NCBI GenBank assembly: GCA_963791265.1
Contig: CAWBSB010000014.1
Location: 42,837-106,836 of the forward strand
Length of the DNA stretch: 64,000 bases
DNA from: an uncultured Acidobacteriota bacterium
GTDB lineage: Bacteria > Acidobacteriota > Blastocatellia > Pyrinomonadales > Pyrinomonadaceae
Reading direction: 5' to 3'
In this document: positions 37,155 to 46,627 of the stretch, piece after piece
How the letters are laid out: each line of letters opens with the position of its first letter
Position numbering within the stretch: the stretch's first letter is position 1
Notes under the pieces: model-generated
Database searches by the model: none
Seen by the model: only the letters and a program-made list of their open reading frames with translations
Told to the model about the DNA's origin: nothing
Translations under genes and position numbers: made by a program

Positions 37155-38045
37155 ATGCAGATTGAGACGCTCAAAATCTTTTGTGATCTGGTCGAGACGC
37201 AGAGTTTCTCGCAGGCGGCGGAGCGGAATTTCGTGACGCAGTCGGCGGTCAGCCAGCAGGTGCGCGGGCTGGAAGAGAAGTTCAAGCGTCGCCTGTTGGA
37301 GCGCGTGCGCGGGCGGCGCGAGGTGCGCGTGACGGATGCCGGACGGAGTTTTTACGAAGAGAGCCGGAGCGTATTGGCCGCTTATGGTGGCTTGCAGGAG
37401 CGCATGCGTAGCCTCGATGGAGCGGTGAGCGGGACGGTGCGTGTGGCGACGGTTTACAGCATCGGCCTGCACGAGTTGCCGCCCGTCGTGCGTCGCTTCA
37501 TGGCGCTTTATCCGGCAGCGAAGATTGATCTCGAATACAGCCGCACGACGCGCATCGTGCGTGATGTGTTGAGCGGCGCGATTGAGCTTGGCATCGTCGC
37601 TTACCCGGAAAAGCGTCGTGGATTGACCATCACGCCTCTGCCCGGCGACCGTCTCGTTCTCATCTGTCCGCCATCGCATCCTCTGGCGGCGCGAAAGAAA
37701 GTTAAAGCCGCAGAACTCGGCGGGCAGGACTTCGTGCATTTTGAGCGCGACATCCCGACGCGCCGCGCGACGGATCGCATCTTCAAGGCGCATGGTGTGG
37801 CGGTTCATCGCGTCGCAGAGTTTGATAACATCGAGACGATCAAGCGCGCCGTCGAGGTCGGCTTCGGGCTAGGGATAGTTCCGCGCCCAAGCGTCCTGGA
37901 TGAGCAAAGGAGCGGTCAACTGGCGGTCGTCGCACTGGCCGAACCCGAATGGACGCGCACCGTCGGCATCATCCACAGAAGCGACCGCACGCTCGGCATC
38001 GCCGCGCGGAAGTTTATCGAATTGCTGAAGAGCAGTGATAAGTGA
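37155..38045 (+). CDS. LysR family transcriptional regulator
   Basis: N-terminal HTH (FCDLVETQSFSQAAERNFVTQSAVSQQVRGLE) plus a LysR substrate-binding-like C-terminus. Confidence 0.88.
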   Translation: MQIETLKIFCDLVETQSFSQAAERNFVTQSAVSQQVRGLEEKFKRRLLERVRGRREVRVTDAGRSFYEESRSVLAAYGGLQERMRSLDGAVSGTVRVATVYSIGLHELPPVVRRFMALYPAAKIDLEYSRTTRIVRDVLSGAIELGIVAYPEKRRGLTITPLPGDRLVLICPPSHPLAARKKVKAAELGGQDFVHFERDIPTRRATDRIFKAHGVAVHRVAEFDNIETIKRAVEVGFGLGIVPRPSVLDEQRSGQLAVVALAEPEWTRTVGIIHRSDRTLGIAARKFIELLKSSDK

Positions 38046-38117
38046 TGGGTGATAGGTGATAAGAAAGAACGGTTGTTTTCTCTTATTACCTATCACCTAT
38101 CACTTATCACCCATCAC
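38035..38117. repeat. heptamer-repeat hairpin, family A (GTGATRG / CYATCAC)
   Basis: gtgataa gtgatgg gtgatag gtgataa gaaa ... cttatta cctatca cctatca cttatca cccatcac. The LysR stop TGA (38043-45) lies inside the left arm. Confidence 0.9.
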
Positions 38118-38124
38118 TGTCTTT

Positions 38125-39546
38125 ATGGAGTTAACAAAATTGTCGGCCAGGACACTCGCTGCGATGATGCGTGGGCGAGAGGTTTCTCCTGTGGAAGTCG
38201 TCGAGGCTTACTTGCGCCGGATTGAGCAGTTGAATCCGCAGCTTAATGCTGTTGTGACGATTGCGCCGGATGCAATCGAGTGGGCGCGGGAGGCCGAAGA
38301 CGCGATTATGCGTGGACGTGAGATTGGGATGCTGCACGGCGTTCCCCTCACCATCAAGGATACGATTGAAACCAAAGGATTGAGGACAACGAGCGGGTCG
38401 CTGCTTCGTGCGGCGCATGTTCCCGAGACGGATGCCACGGCGGTGACGCGCTTGAAGGCTGCGGGCGCGATTATTCTTGGTAAGACTAATGTGCCGGAGA
38501 TGGCGATTCCTTATGAGTGCGATAACCTCGTCTTTGGCAGGACGAATAATCCTCACGACTTGATGAGAACTCCGGGCGGGTCGAGCGGCGGCTGTGCGGC
38601 GGCCATCAGCGCGTGCCTCACACCCGCTGGGCTGGGCAGCAACCTTTCGGGTTCGATTCGTGTGCCCGCGCACTTTTGCGGCATCGTCGGGTTGAAGCCG
38701 ACGATTGGGCGCGTGCCTTCAGCGGGACATTTTCCGCCAGCCATGGGGGCGCTCTCGCTCGGCGCAGTCGTCGGCCCGATGGCACGCTACGTCGAAGACC
38801 TCTCTTTGCTCTTGAATGTTCTGATGGGAGTGAGCGCGGCTGACTCTGCTTCCGCGCGGGTGGAGGAATCATTGGAAGAGGCGTTGATGAAGATGCGCGG
38901 CTGGCGCGTCGCATCATATGTGAACGAGATCGGCGGCGCGGTGACGGATGAGACGCGGCAGGCGATTCACGCGGCGATGCGTGTGCTGGAAGAGGCTGGG
39001 TTCGTCCGCTGTGAAGAAGAGCCGCCCGGTCTGGAACAGGCGGGCGCTTTATGGCCTCGGTTGTTCTCGCGTGCGTCCATGATTCAATTGCGCGACGTTT
39101 ACAGCGGGAAGGAAGAGAAAGCCGGGGCGGTTGTTCGTGCCGTGCTCGCTGCCGCAGACAAACAGCCTTCGCCCGCGCTTGATGAGTCTGCCAGCGCGTG
39201 GACTGAGCGAGACCGTCTACGCCTCAATCTCTTGAAATGGATGGAGAGAACTCCTCTCATCATCGCGCCTGTCGGGGCAGTTGCGGCGTTCGAGCATGGC
39301 GCGCGCCGCGTTAAAGTGGGCGCGGAGATGTTAAGCGTCTTCCGCGCCTTCGATTATTCGCGCGCCTTCAACGTTCTCGGTTTACCTGCCGTCACTGTTC
39401 CGGCGGGACGCTCTCTTGAAGGCTTGCCCATCGGCGTTCAGATTATCGGCAGACCGTTTGAGGAAGAAGCCGTCCTCGCCGCAGCTTCCGTCCTCGAAGC
39501 AGCGCTCGGCGGGTGGATGCGACCGCCAAACGCGATGATGGCGTGA
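38125..39546 (+). CDS. amidase-signature family amidase
   Basis: GGSSGG motif (TPGGSSGGCAAAI) and a Ser-cisSer-Lys-type context. Start at MELTKL (38125), since the ORF-track extension crosses the repeat. Confidence 0.85.
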   Translation: MELTKLSARTLAAMMRGREVSPVEVVEAYLRRIEQLNPQLNAVVTIAPDAIEWAREAEDAIMRGREIGMLHGVPLTIKDTIETKGLRTTSGSLLRAAHVPETDATAVTRLKAAGAIILGKTNVPEMAIPYECDNLVFGRTNNPHDLMRTPGGSSGGCAAAISACLTPAGLGSNLSGSIRVPAHFCGIVGLKPTIGRVPSAGHFPPAMGALSLGAVVGPMARYVEDLSLLLNVLMGVSAADSASARVEESLEEALMKMRGWRVASYVNEIGGAVTDETRQAIHAAMRVLEEAGFVRCEEEPPGLEQAGALWPRLFSRASMIQLRDVYSGKEEKAGAVVRAVLAAADKQPSPALDESASAWTERDRLRLNLLKWMERTPLIIAPVGAVAAFEHGARRVKVGAEMLSVFRAFDYSRAFNVLGLPAVTVPAGRSLEGLPIGVQIIGRPFEEEAVLAAASVLEAALGGWMRPPNAMMA

Positions 39547-39550
39547 CGGA

Positions 39551-39660
39551 GAAGAATTTAGACAGGATTTACAGGATATACAGGATTAAAAAGAGATAAG
39601 AATCAGTGCTACGCTTTTCTCTTCATGTTCATCTTGTTAATCCTGTCTAAATTCTCTTCC
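39551..39660. repeat. GACAGGAT-family element (copy 5)
   Basis: gaagaatttagacaggatttacaggatatacaggattaaaaag ... catcttgttaatcctgtctaaattctcttcc. Confidence 0.85.
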
Positions 39661-39770
39661 GTTACGCCCTTTATTCCTCGTCAACGAATCCGTTATAGTT
39701 AGCGCACAACAGCAGCAATGAGCATTCGGGCGCGTGCCCATCAGTTTCAGCTACTTCAGCGGAGGTCTCA

Positions 39771-40793
39771 ATGTTTGAATACTTCGTCCCCTTTCTTTTC
39801 GTTATCCTCGGCATCTTTCTCTTAACCGTCGCCGCCAAGACCATCAAGATCGTGCCGCAGGCGACAGTGATGTTGATTGAACGTCTCGGACGCTTTGATC
39901 GCGTGGCGGCCAGTGGCCTCAACGTCATCATGCCGTTTCTGGACAGGCCGCGCGCCGTTTACTGGTCGGGCGTGCGTCCTGGCCTGGCCTCGATAGATTT
40001 GCGCGAGCAGTTTATAGACCTGCCGCCGCAACCCGTTATCACGCGCGATAACGTGACGATTCACGTTGACTCGGTCGTCTACTGGCAAATCACCGATCCC
40101 ATCAAAGCCGTCTATGAAGTCAGAGACCTGCTCGGCGGCATCGTCCAGTTGACGATTACGGGCATGCGCGCCGTGATGGGCGATATGGATTTGGATCACA
40201 CGCTTTCGCAGCGCGACCAAATCAACACCAAGCTGCGCCTGATTCTGGATGAAGCGACGGACAAGTGGGGCGTGAAGGTGACGCGCGTGGATGTGAAGAA
40301 CATCAACCCGCCCGAAGATGTGCGAATCACGATGGAGAAGCAGATGACGGCAGAGCGCACACGCCGCGCGCTTGTCCTGCAAGCCGAAGGTGACAGGCAG
40401 GCCGCGATTACTCGTGCCGAAGGCGAGAAGCAGGCGGCCATCACGCGCGCCGAAGGCGAGAAGGAATCCGCCATCCTGCAAGCAGACGGCGCGGCCCAGG
40501 CACGCCTGCGCGCCGCCGCCGCCGAATCCGAAGCCATCGCGCGCATCTCGCAGGCGATGGAAGGCCACGGCAACCCGGCACAGTATCTCATCACGCAGCG
40601 CTACATCGAATCTTTGCGCGACATGACGCGCGGCAACAACTCGAAAGTTATTTTTATGCCGGTCGAAACATCGAGCATGCTCGCCAGCATCGGCGCAATC
40701 AAAGAGATGCTTGCAGAGACCGGTGAGAAACGTACATCGGATGATGATAAACAGCCGCAGCCGCCACCTCGCCCGCGACAGTTGCCGACCTGA
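39771..40793 (+). CDS. SPFH/band-7 (stomatin-like) membrane protein
   Basis: N-terminal TM, an SPFH core (VPQATVMLIERLGRF...TRDNVTIHVDSVVYWQITDP), a coiled AEG(D/E)(R/K)QAAITRAEGEK repeat and a Pro-rich tail. Confidence 0.88.
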   Translation: MFEYFVPFLFVILGIFLLTVAAKTIKIVPQATVMLIERLGRFDRVAASGLNVIMPFLDRPRAVYWSGVRPGLASIDLREQFIDLPPQPVITRDNVTIHVDSVVYWQITDPIKAVYEVRDLLGGIVQLTITGMRAVMGDMDLDHTLSQRDQINTKLRLILDEATDKWGVKVTRVDVKNINPPEDVRITMEKQMTAERTRRALVLQAEGDRQAAITRAEGEKQAAITRAEGEKESAILQADGAAQARLRAAAAESEAIARISQAMEGHGNPAQYLITQRYIESLRDMTRGNNSKVIFMPVETSSMLASIGAIKEMLAETGEKRTSDDDKQPQPPPRPRQLPT

Positions 40794-40948
40794 AGCCAGA
40801 CATAACAGCACATTCTCTGCGGTGAAGATTAATTAGAATGATAAGCGACGCCTGATATAAACCGCGCGGCTTTGCAAATCTTAGTAGAACTGTTCGTCAC
40901 TCCACCTGGGCAACTGACTGCCAACAACTGAAGGAGAACTTCTAGTTA

Positions 40949-41506
40949 ATGCGAAAAACTCTAGCCGTAACTCTACTGCTCCTCGCAGTCTCATCTTCCA
41001 CTCTGACACAGGCAACGGGCAGGAGCTTCAACAATATTCAGCCCGGGACCGCCAGCGTCGAAGTAGCGGCTGTCAAAGAGGCGACGCCACTTCAGAAAAC
41101 CCGGGAAATTAAAGTCTATCTGATAGCTGTCGGTGATGATGGCTATCAGGGAAACAGAATCGGTTGTGGCGATAGCGTCGTTGCTGTAAGACGGACAGTC
41201 AACAAAAGCGCTACGCCTCTAAAAGCTGCCCTTGAAGAACTGCTGGCTATGCCCCAAAAGTTTGAGAGGGATCCGACCAAGGGGGATTTGGGCAATTACG
41301 TGTTCGGTCCTGAGCTAAAGCTGAGCAGTGTTTCGATTAGTAAGGGGACGGCGACTATTCGTTTTTCGGGTCAAATATCTGTGGCAGGTGTTTGTGATGA
41401 ACCGCGCATTACAGAGCAGATTAAAGCGACTGCAAAGCAGTTTCCCACTGTCAAAAGGGTCAAGGTGTTCGTCGGCAAACGCACATTGAAAGATGCAATC
41501 AGTTAG
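40949..41506 (+). CDS. secreted GerMN-like domain protein
   Basis: Signal peptide. VKVYLIAVGDD...PLKAALEELL...KRVKVFVG resembles GerMN/LpqB-type domains by eye. gaaggag SD. Confidence 0.5.
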   Translation: MRKTLAVTLLLLAVSSSTLTQATGRSFNNIQPGTASVEVAAVKEATPLQKTREIKVYLIAVGDDGYQGNRIGCGDSVVAVRRTVNKSATPLKAALEELLAMPQKFERDPTKGDLGNYVFGPELKLSSVSISKGTATIRFSGQISVAGVCDEPRITEQIKATAKQFPTVKRVKVFVGKRTLKDAIS

Positions 41507-41586
41507 AAACCTTCATGGCAGGATAGTGATATTGAAGAACCGGGGTTGAGTGTAGCGACTCGACCCTGCCTCACTTGCTCACTCAC

Positions 41587-42156
41587 TTACTCACTCACCT
41601 CTGACTTGAACCTGTGCCGCGAAATCTCCGTATAGCTTGATCCTCCCGCCCCCAACTCGCTCCGCATGACGACGAGACTTGTGACGGCGAACTCCATCGC
41701 TGCAAAACCTGTCTCCTGATGCACGCTCGCCAGCCTGCGTGCGCCTTGCGGGGCGCGAACGCGCGCGAGGGTGAGATGTGGATGAAAAGGGCGCTCTTCG
41801 CGCGCGAAGCCTGCGCTCTCACATTCTTCTTCAAGACGGCTTTGAAGACGGGCGAGCGCGCCTGACGAGTCGTCTATGCCGAGCCAGAGGATGCGTGGGT
41901 TGCCGCGTGGCGGAAACGCGCCCGCGCCGGAGAGGGCAAGGATGAAAGGAGGCGTGTTCCGCGTTGCACTTGATGCCACGCCGGATAACGCCTCGGCGCG
42001 ATCTTGTGCAATCTCGCCTAAAAATTTCAACGTAATGTGAAGTTTCTCCGTTCGCTCCCAACTTGCACGAACCTCCGGCACTACAGAGCGCAAACGCGCG
42101 ATATGCTCTACGGCGCGGGCGCGCACTTCGGCAGGCAATTCGATAGCGCAGAACAC
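41587..42156 (-). CDS. thpR: RNA 2',3'-cyclic phosphodiesterase (2H family, ThpR/LigT)
   Basis: Two H-x-T/S-x motifs (HITLKF and HPHLTLAR). GTG at 42156 gives the canonical (M)FCAIELP start. The longer ORF-track N-terminus runs through a repeat hairpin. Confidence 0.8.
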   Translation of the reverse strand: MFCAIELPAEVRARAVEHIARLRSVVPEVRASWERTEKLHITLKFLGEIAQDRAEALSGVASSATRNTPPFILALSGAGAFPPRGNPRILWLGIDDSSGALARLQSRLEEECESAGFAREERPFHPHLTLARVRAPQGARRLASVHQETGFAAMEFAVTSLVVMRSELGAGGSSYTEISRHRFKSEVSE

Positions 42157-42177
42157 GCGTAGAGGTGGACGAGGGCG

Positions 42178-42316
42178 GAAGGATGAGGGATGAACAGCAG
42201 GAGTCAGCACACAGGAGACAGGAGACAGAGTAGAACCAAAAGCGGTTTCCGCCTCTTCATTCTGACTCCTGACTCCTGAATTCTGGATTCTGTTTTTCTT
42301 CATCCCTCATCCCTTC
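42178..42316. repeat. heptamer-repeat hairpin (GGATGAG outer, AGGAGAC/CTGACTC inner)
   Basis: Outer stem gaaggatgagggatgaa / ttcatccctcatcccttc. Inner caggagtcag...aggagac aggagac versus ctgactc ctgactc ctg. Confidence 0.85.
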
Positions 42317-42327
42317 GCTCTCCTCCC

Positions 42328-44757
42328 TTATTTTCCCGGCTCAAGCACGAGCGTTGCTCTGGTTGCGCTCATGACCGCCGCTTTGTTGAAGGGAAAGGCG
42401 CGCGGCGTAGTGTTGCGCCAGTCTTCGAGTTGATCTTTCCAGTAGGGACTGGAGGGTAAACCGGACTCGCCGAGCGTGATGCCGTGTTGCGTTCTGTCCC
42501 AGTCGCCGGGGTCGGCGATGAAGCGCATGGAAACGTTTCTGCCAACGTTGACGGTGCCGCCGCTGCCGTTTTGTGGAAACGGAGGGATAGCAAACTGCTG
42601 GCCGATGAGCGGCACAGCGGCCAGTGGATGAGGGAAACGCACCTGCGCGTTCTGTCCCCATGTCCATTTCGATTCATCTTCTCCGAACCGTTTTGCCAGC
42701 GTCTCTCGCCCCGACCGTTCGCAGGCGCGCAGCATCTCCGCGTAGTCTTTGAACTCTTTGGGCAGCCACTCAGTCGGCCTCTCTGTGATGATGCGGTCAA
42801 TGAGCGTGTCGCGATTAGGCCAGGTGTAGCTCTTCGCCAGTTCAGCGCCGAGCGCCGCAGTGAAGATACGGCTGCTGAATTCGGCACGCATCACGGCTGC
42901 CAGCAAGGCCGGGCGCGAATCCGCGTTCATGCGGCCATCCCAAGCCTCAAGAAGCTGAATGGTCTCGCGCAACTTGCCGTCGCTCGCACTGGTCGCCTGT
43001 CCGCGCGCGAGCTTGACGAACTCGCGCGCGAAGGTTGCCATAGAAATCGAATGAGTGTCGCCCTGAATGGCGCGGAAATCTTCGATTGTCAGTTTGGACT
43101 TGGCTTGCAGGAGATCAAGGATGCGCCGCGCGCGATAGGGCGCAGGCCAGAGGTGCGTGAGAAAGTATGGATAGTCGCGCCCGACGATGCGCTGGTTGGC
43201 TGTGACGATAATCCCTGACGGTGGATCGAAAAGATGCGGCAGCTTGTCGTAGGGAATAAAGCCTGTCCATTCACCTGCATCAGTTGCACCATCGTAAGGA
43301 ACGTTGCCATCGCCGCTCTTTCTGATGGGCACGCGCCCCGCCGCGTAATAGCCTATGTGACCGTCCACGTCCGCATAGACCATATTCTGCATCGGCCCCG
43401 TATAGCTGCTGAGAGCCGCGACATACTCCTTCCAGTTGCGCGCACGATTGAGCGTCTGAAAGCCTGCGGCGTCATTCAGTTTCGGATCGAGCGCCGTCCA
43501 GCGCAGCGCATATCGTTTACCGTTCTTCTCAAGAACAATCGGCCCATGCCGCGTGACCGTGACATCGAACGGCACAAGCTCGGTTGATGAATCGAGAAAG
43601 CCCTTGCGGACTTTAATCTCTTCACGGCGCACCACAGCTTCGCGCCAGCCCGCAGGCGTCATGTATTTGCCTGGGTTCTCCTTGTCGAAGGTTTCGGCAT
43701 AAAGGTCTTGCACGTCAGGGCCAACGTTGGTAAAGCCCCACGCGATGTGCTCGTTGTGGCCGATGACGATGCCCGGCAAGCCGGGCGAAGTGACACCCGC
43801 GACGCGCAAACCGGGCGCGCTCAGGTGCATCATGTACCAGATGGAAGGCGCAGAAGCGCCGAGGTGCGGGTCATTGGCGAGCAAGGGTTTGCCGGAAGCT
43901 GTGCGCTTGCCTGAGACGACCCAGTTATTGCTCGCCGCGCGGTCTTCGGCGAAGAGTCCGAGTCGCTCGAATGAACGCGCCATGTTGTTTTCAATCTGCG
44001 CGAGCGTTTGAAGAGTTTCGAGACGGTTCAAGGACTCAGGCCGGGGCGCTAAGGCCGCAGCTTTCCTGCGCGCATTGTCTGTGCCGACGACCAGCACGTC
44101 GAGCGGGGAAGTTTCGATGAGCAGCGCCTCGCGTTTATCGGCTGGAAGCAGGGGCAGCCCTTCCTGCATGGCGATGTCGGTCGGCCAGCTCGTGTTGAGA
44201 GCTTCGCCGAAATTTTTGATGATGAGCAGCGAATCTGCCGGAGTCCAGGGGCGCGGCTTGAATTGAAGAATACGAAACTCCGGCGGCCATGATTTTTCAT
44301 CGAGCGATGAGACGAAGGCGTTGACGCCTTGCGCGTAAGATTCAAGTTGTGCGCGAGCCTGTGGCGGGGCTTGCGCTATTTCGGCCTCGACGACTTGAGC
44401 AAAACCATAAGTGCGATGGCGCTTGTCTTCCTCAAGCGCGTCGCGCCCCAGAATCTCAGCCAACTCGCCGCGCGCAAAGCGTCGCCCCAGTTCCATCTGC
44501 CACAAACGATCACTCGCCGTGACATAGCCCTGCGCGAAATAGAGATCCGCTTCGTTGGCGGCTTCGATGTAAGGAATGCCGCGCTCGTCGCGCCGGACGG
44601 TGACGCTGGCGCGCAGCCCCGCGAGTTTCAACGTCTGTGTGGCTGTTTGTGCGGCAGCAGGCGCTGCTTGTTGCGCGGAAGCGCGAGCAAGCGGCAGAAA
44701 TGTTAGAGACAGGGAAAGCGTCAGAAGCAGCGTGAGAACTACAAGTGGTTTTTTCAT
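42328..44757 (-). CDS. penicillin acylase family Ntn-hydrolase (possible acyl-homoserine-lactone/penicillin amidase)
   Basis: Signal peptide. The SNNWVVSGKRTASGKPLLANDPHL motif carries the nucleophile Ser of the beta subunit. 809 aa. Confidence 0.85.
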   Translation of the reverse strand: MKKPLVVLTLLLTLSLSLTFLPLARASAQQAAPAAAQTATQTLKLAGLRASVTVRRDERGIPYIEAANEADLYFAQGYVTASDRLWQMELGRRFARGELAEILGRDALEEDKRHRTYGFAQVVEAEIAQAPPQARAQLESYAQGVNAFVSSLDEKSWPPEFRILQFKPRPWTPADSLLIIKNFGEALNTSWPTDIAMQEGLPLLPADKREALLIETSPLDVLVVGTDNARRKAAALAPRPESLNRLETLQTLAQIENNMARSFERLGLFAEDRAASNNWVVSGKRTASGKPLLANDPHLGASAPSIWYMMHLSAPGLRVAGVTSPGLPGIVIGHNEHIAWGFTNVGPDVQDLYAETFDKENPGKYMTPAGWREAVVRREEIKVRKGFLDSSTELVPFDVTVTRHGPIVLEKNGKRYALRWTALDPKLNDAAGFQTLNRARNWKEYVAALSSYTGPMQNMVYADVDGHIGYYAAGRVPIRKSGDGNVPYDGATDAGEWTGFIPYDKLPHLFDPPSGIIVTANQRIVGRDYPYFLTHLWPAPYRARRILDLLQAKSKLTIEDFRAIQGDTHSISMATFAREFVKLARGQATSASDGKLRETIQLLEAWDGRMNADSRPALLAAVMRAEFSSRIFTAALGAELAKSYTWPNRDTLIDRIITERPTEWLPKEFKDYAEMLRACERSGRETLAKRFGEDESKWTWGQNAQVRFPHPLAAVPLIGQQFAIPPFPQNGSGGTVNVGRNVSMRFIADPGDWDRTQHGITLGESGLPSSPYWKDQLEDWRNTTPRAFPFNKAAVMSATRATLVLEPGK

Positions 44758-44785
44758 AATAGAGTTTCAATGGGATAGGGATCAG

Positions 44786-44940
44786 GGACCACAGATGAAC
44801 GCTGATGGACACGGATGAAAAAAAAGAATTCATCACCAAGGCACAAAGCCACTAAGAAAATTAAGCAGTCTCCCTTTTGTGTCTTCGTGTCTTTGTGGTT
44901 AATTTCCGTATCTGCGTTTATCTGCGTCCATCTGCGGTCC
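44786..44940. repeat. decamer-repeat hairpin with an inner second hairpin
   Basis: ggaccacagatg aacgctgatg gacacggatg pairs with catccgta-type units (ccgtatctgcg tttatctgcg tccatctgcg gtcc). Inner accaaggcacaaagccac / gtgtctttgtggtt. Confidence 0.85.
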
Positions 44941-44952
44941 GTAACTTTTGCT

Positions 44953-46371
44953 TTAATGCGACGGGTCTATCACGATCATGCGCGGCTCGGTCATCTCTTC
45001 CATCGCGTAGCGCACGCCTTCGCGTCCCGCGCCCGATAGCTTTACGCCGCCGTAAGGCATATTGTCAACGCGGAAGGCCGGAGCATCATTAATCATCACG
45101 CCGCCGAAGTCGAGCGCCTCACCGGCCAGAAACGCGTGGCGCATGTCGCGCGTGAAAACGCCCGCCTGAAGTCCGTAGCGCGTGTTGTTGGCTTCCGTCA
45201 ATGCCGCATTGAAATCATCGAAAGTCTGAATCGTGGCGATGGGGGCGAAAACTTCTTCCGAGCAAACGCGCATCTCGCTATGCACGTCTGTCAGCACAGT
45301 TGCTTCGAGCAAAGCGCCGCGCCTCTGGCCGCCGCAGAGCAGACGCGCGCCAGCGCCGACGGCTTCGTTAATCCAGCTTTCGGCACGGCGTGCGGCCTCC
45401 TCGTTAATCATCACGGAAAGCTCCGTCGCTTCATCCATCGGATCGCCCGTCCGCAAACCTCTGGCTCGCTCGATGAAGCGTCGAGTCCATTCATCCGCGA
45501 TTCGTTCGTGCAGCAAGATGCGTTGAGCAGAGATGCAGACCTGCCCTGCGTAATTGAACGCAGCCATCGTCGAGCGCTCGATTGAGTATGCGACATCTGC
45601 CGTTTCGTCAACGATGACGGGCGCGTTGCCGCCGAGTTCGAGCGTGACCATTTTACGCGCGGCGCGCTCGCGTAGTTTCCATCCGACCTCCGCGCTTCCC
45701 GTGAAAGAGATCATTTGAACGCGCTCATCCATGAGCAGCAAATCAATTTCGGGAATCTCTATCGGGACAACTTGCAGAGCAGCTTTCGGAAGACCACTTT
45801 CGAGAAACGCTTCGCCCAGCATGAGCGCGGTGAGCGGCGTGCGCGGGCTGGGCTTGACGATAATCGCGTTGCGCGAGGCGAGCGCAGGCGCTACCTTGTG
45901 CGCGACCAGATTGAGCGGAAAGTTGAAAGGCGTGATGCCGAAAATCACGCCGCGCGGGATTCTTTCCATCCAGCCGATGCGTCCACGCCCGATTGTTTGC
46001 GTGTCAATCGGCACAGTCTCGCCCGTGAAGCGGCGCGCTTCTTCCGACGCAAAGGTAAAGGTCGAGACGGCGCGGTCTGTCTCGCCGCGCGCCGCCGTGA
46101 TCGGCTTGCCCGCTTCCGTTGCTATCGTGCGCGCGAAATCCTCGCGGTGAGATTTGATGTAATCCGCGATGCGGCGCAACGCTTCGGCAACTTCATAGCG
46201 CGGAAGCGCGCGCATCTCTGCGGCGGCTGAAGAAGCTGTGGCAATTGCTTCTTCAACTTCACCCCGCGAAGCATAAGAAACGCGTGCTATTACTTCGCCC
46301 GTATAAGGCGAGCGCACTTCTTGCAGACTGCCCGACGTGCGCCACTCACCGCCGGTGAGAAAAGGTTTCAT
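44953..46371 (-). CDS. NAD(P)-dependent aldehyde dehydrogenase family protein
   Basis: ELGGNAP and the catalytic FNYAGQVCISAQR motif. ATG at 46371 (MKPFLTGGEW). Confidence 0.88.
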   Translation of the reverse strand: MKPFLTGGEWRTSGSLQEVRSPYTGEVIARVSYASRGEVEEAIATASSAAAEMRALPRYEVAEALRRIADYIKSHREDFARTIATEAGKPITAARGETDRAVSTFTFASEEARRFTGETVPIDTQTIGRGRIGWMERIPRGVIFGITPFNFPLNLVAHKVAPALASRNAIIVKPSPRTPLTALMLGEAFLESGLPKAALQVVPIEIPEIDLLLMDERVQMISFTGSAEVGWKLRERAARKMVTLELGGNAPVIVDETADVAYSIERSTMAAFNYAGQVCISAQRILLHERIADEWTRRFIERARGLRTGDPMDEATELSVMINEEAARRAESWINEAVGAGARLLCGGQRRGALLEATVLTDVHSEMRVCSEEVFAPIATIQTFDDFNAALTEANNTRYGLQAGVFTRDMRHAFLAGEALDFGGVMINDAPAFRVDNMPYGGVKLSGAGREGVRYAMEEMTEPRMIVIDPSH

Positions 46372-46381
46372 AATTGATGAT

Positions 46382-46531
46382 GTAGGACAGGCATTCCTGC
46401 CTGTCAAGCGTGCGCCAGCACGCTGATAGTTTTCGCTGACAGAGTATTTAGTTTTCGCTGACAGAGTATTCGCGCTGACGCGCTCAATGACAGGCAGGAA
46501 TGCCTGTCCTACGACAGACAGGAATGTCTGT
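46382..46531. promoter_or_regulatory. divergent-promoter region with three copies of a 19-20-bp palindrome GACAGGCANNNNTGCCTGTC and a 22-bp tandem duplication
   Basis: gacaggcattcctgcctgtc (46386-405), gacaggcaggaatgcctgtc (46489-508) and the degenerate gacagacaggaatgtctgt (46513-31). tagttttcgctgacagagtatt occurs twice (46427-48 and 46449-70). Confidence 0.6.
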
Positions 46532-46627
46532 TATACAGGCGCTCGTTGACGTTGCGTCATCTGTGCCGCTACAATCCGCGCCGTAGTTTCATTTTCCGAA
46601 AAGACCGCTTCAGTCATTATCAAGCTC

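Noticed and set aside
39822-40811. 329-aa ORF antisense to the entire SPFH gene.
   Set aside because: The sequence is Arg/His/Ala-rich with no domain. Long antisense ORFs are expected in GC-rich DNA, and the plus-strand SPFH call is unambiguous. The same reasoning applies to 37116-37808, 46637-47269, 50500-51225, 53456-54037 and 55867-56529.
42157-42303. N-terminal extensions of ORF-track entries that run through repeat elements: thpR 42157-42303, Rieske 9323-9373, amidase 38056-38124, ALDH 46372-46407.
   Set aside because: The extended residues are translations of heptamer or palindromic arrays. Downstream starts give canonical N-termini.
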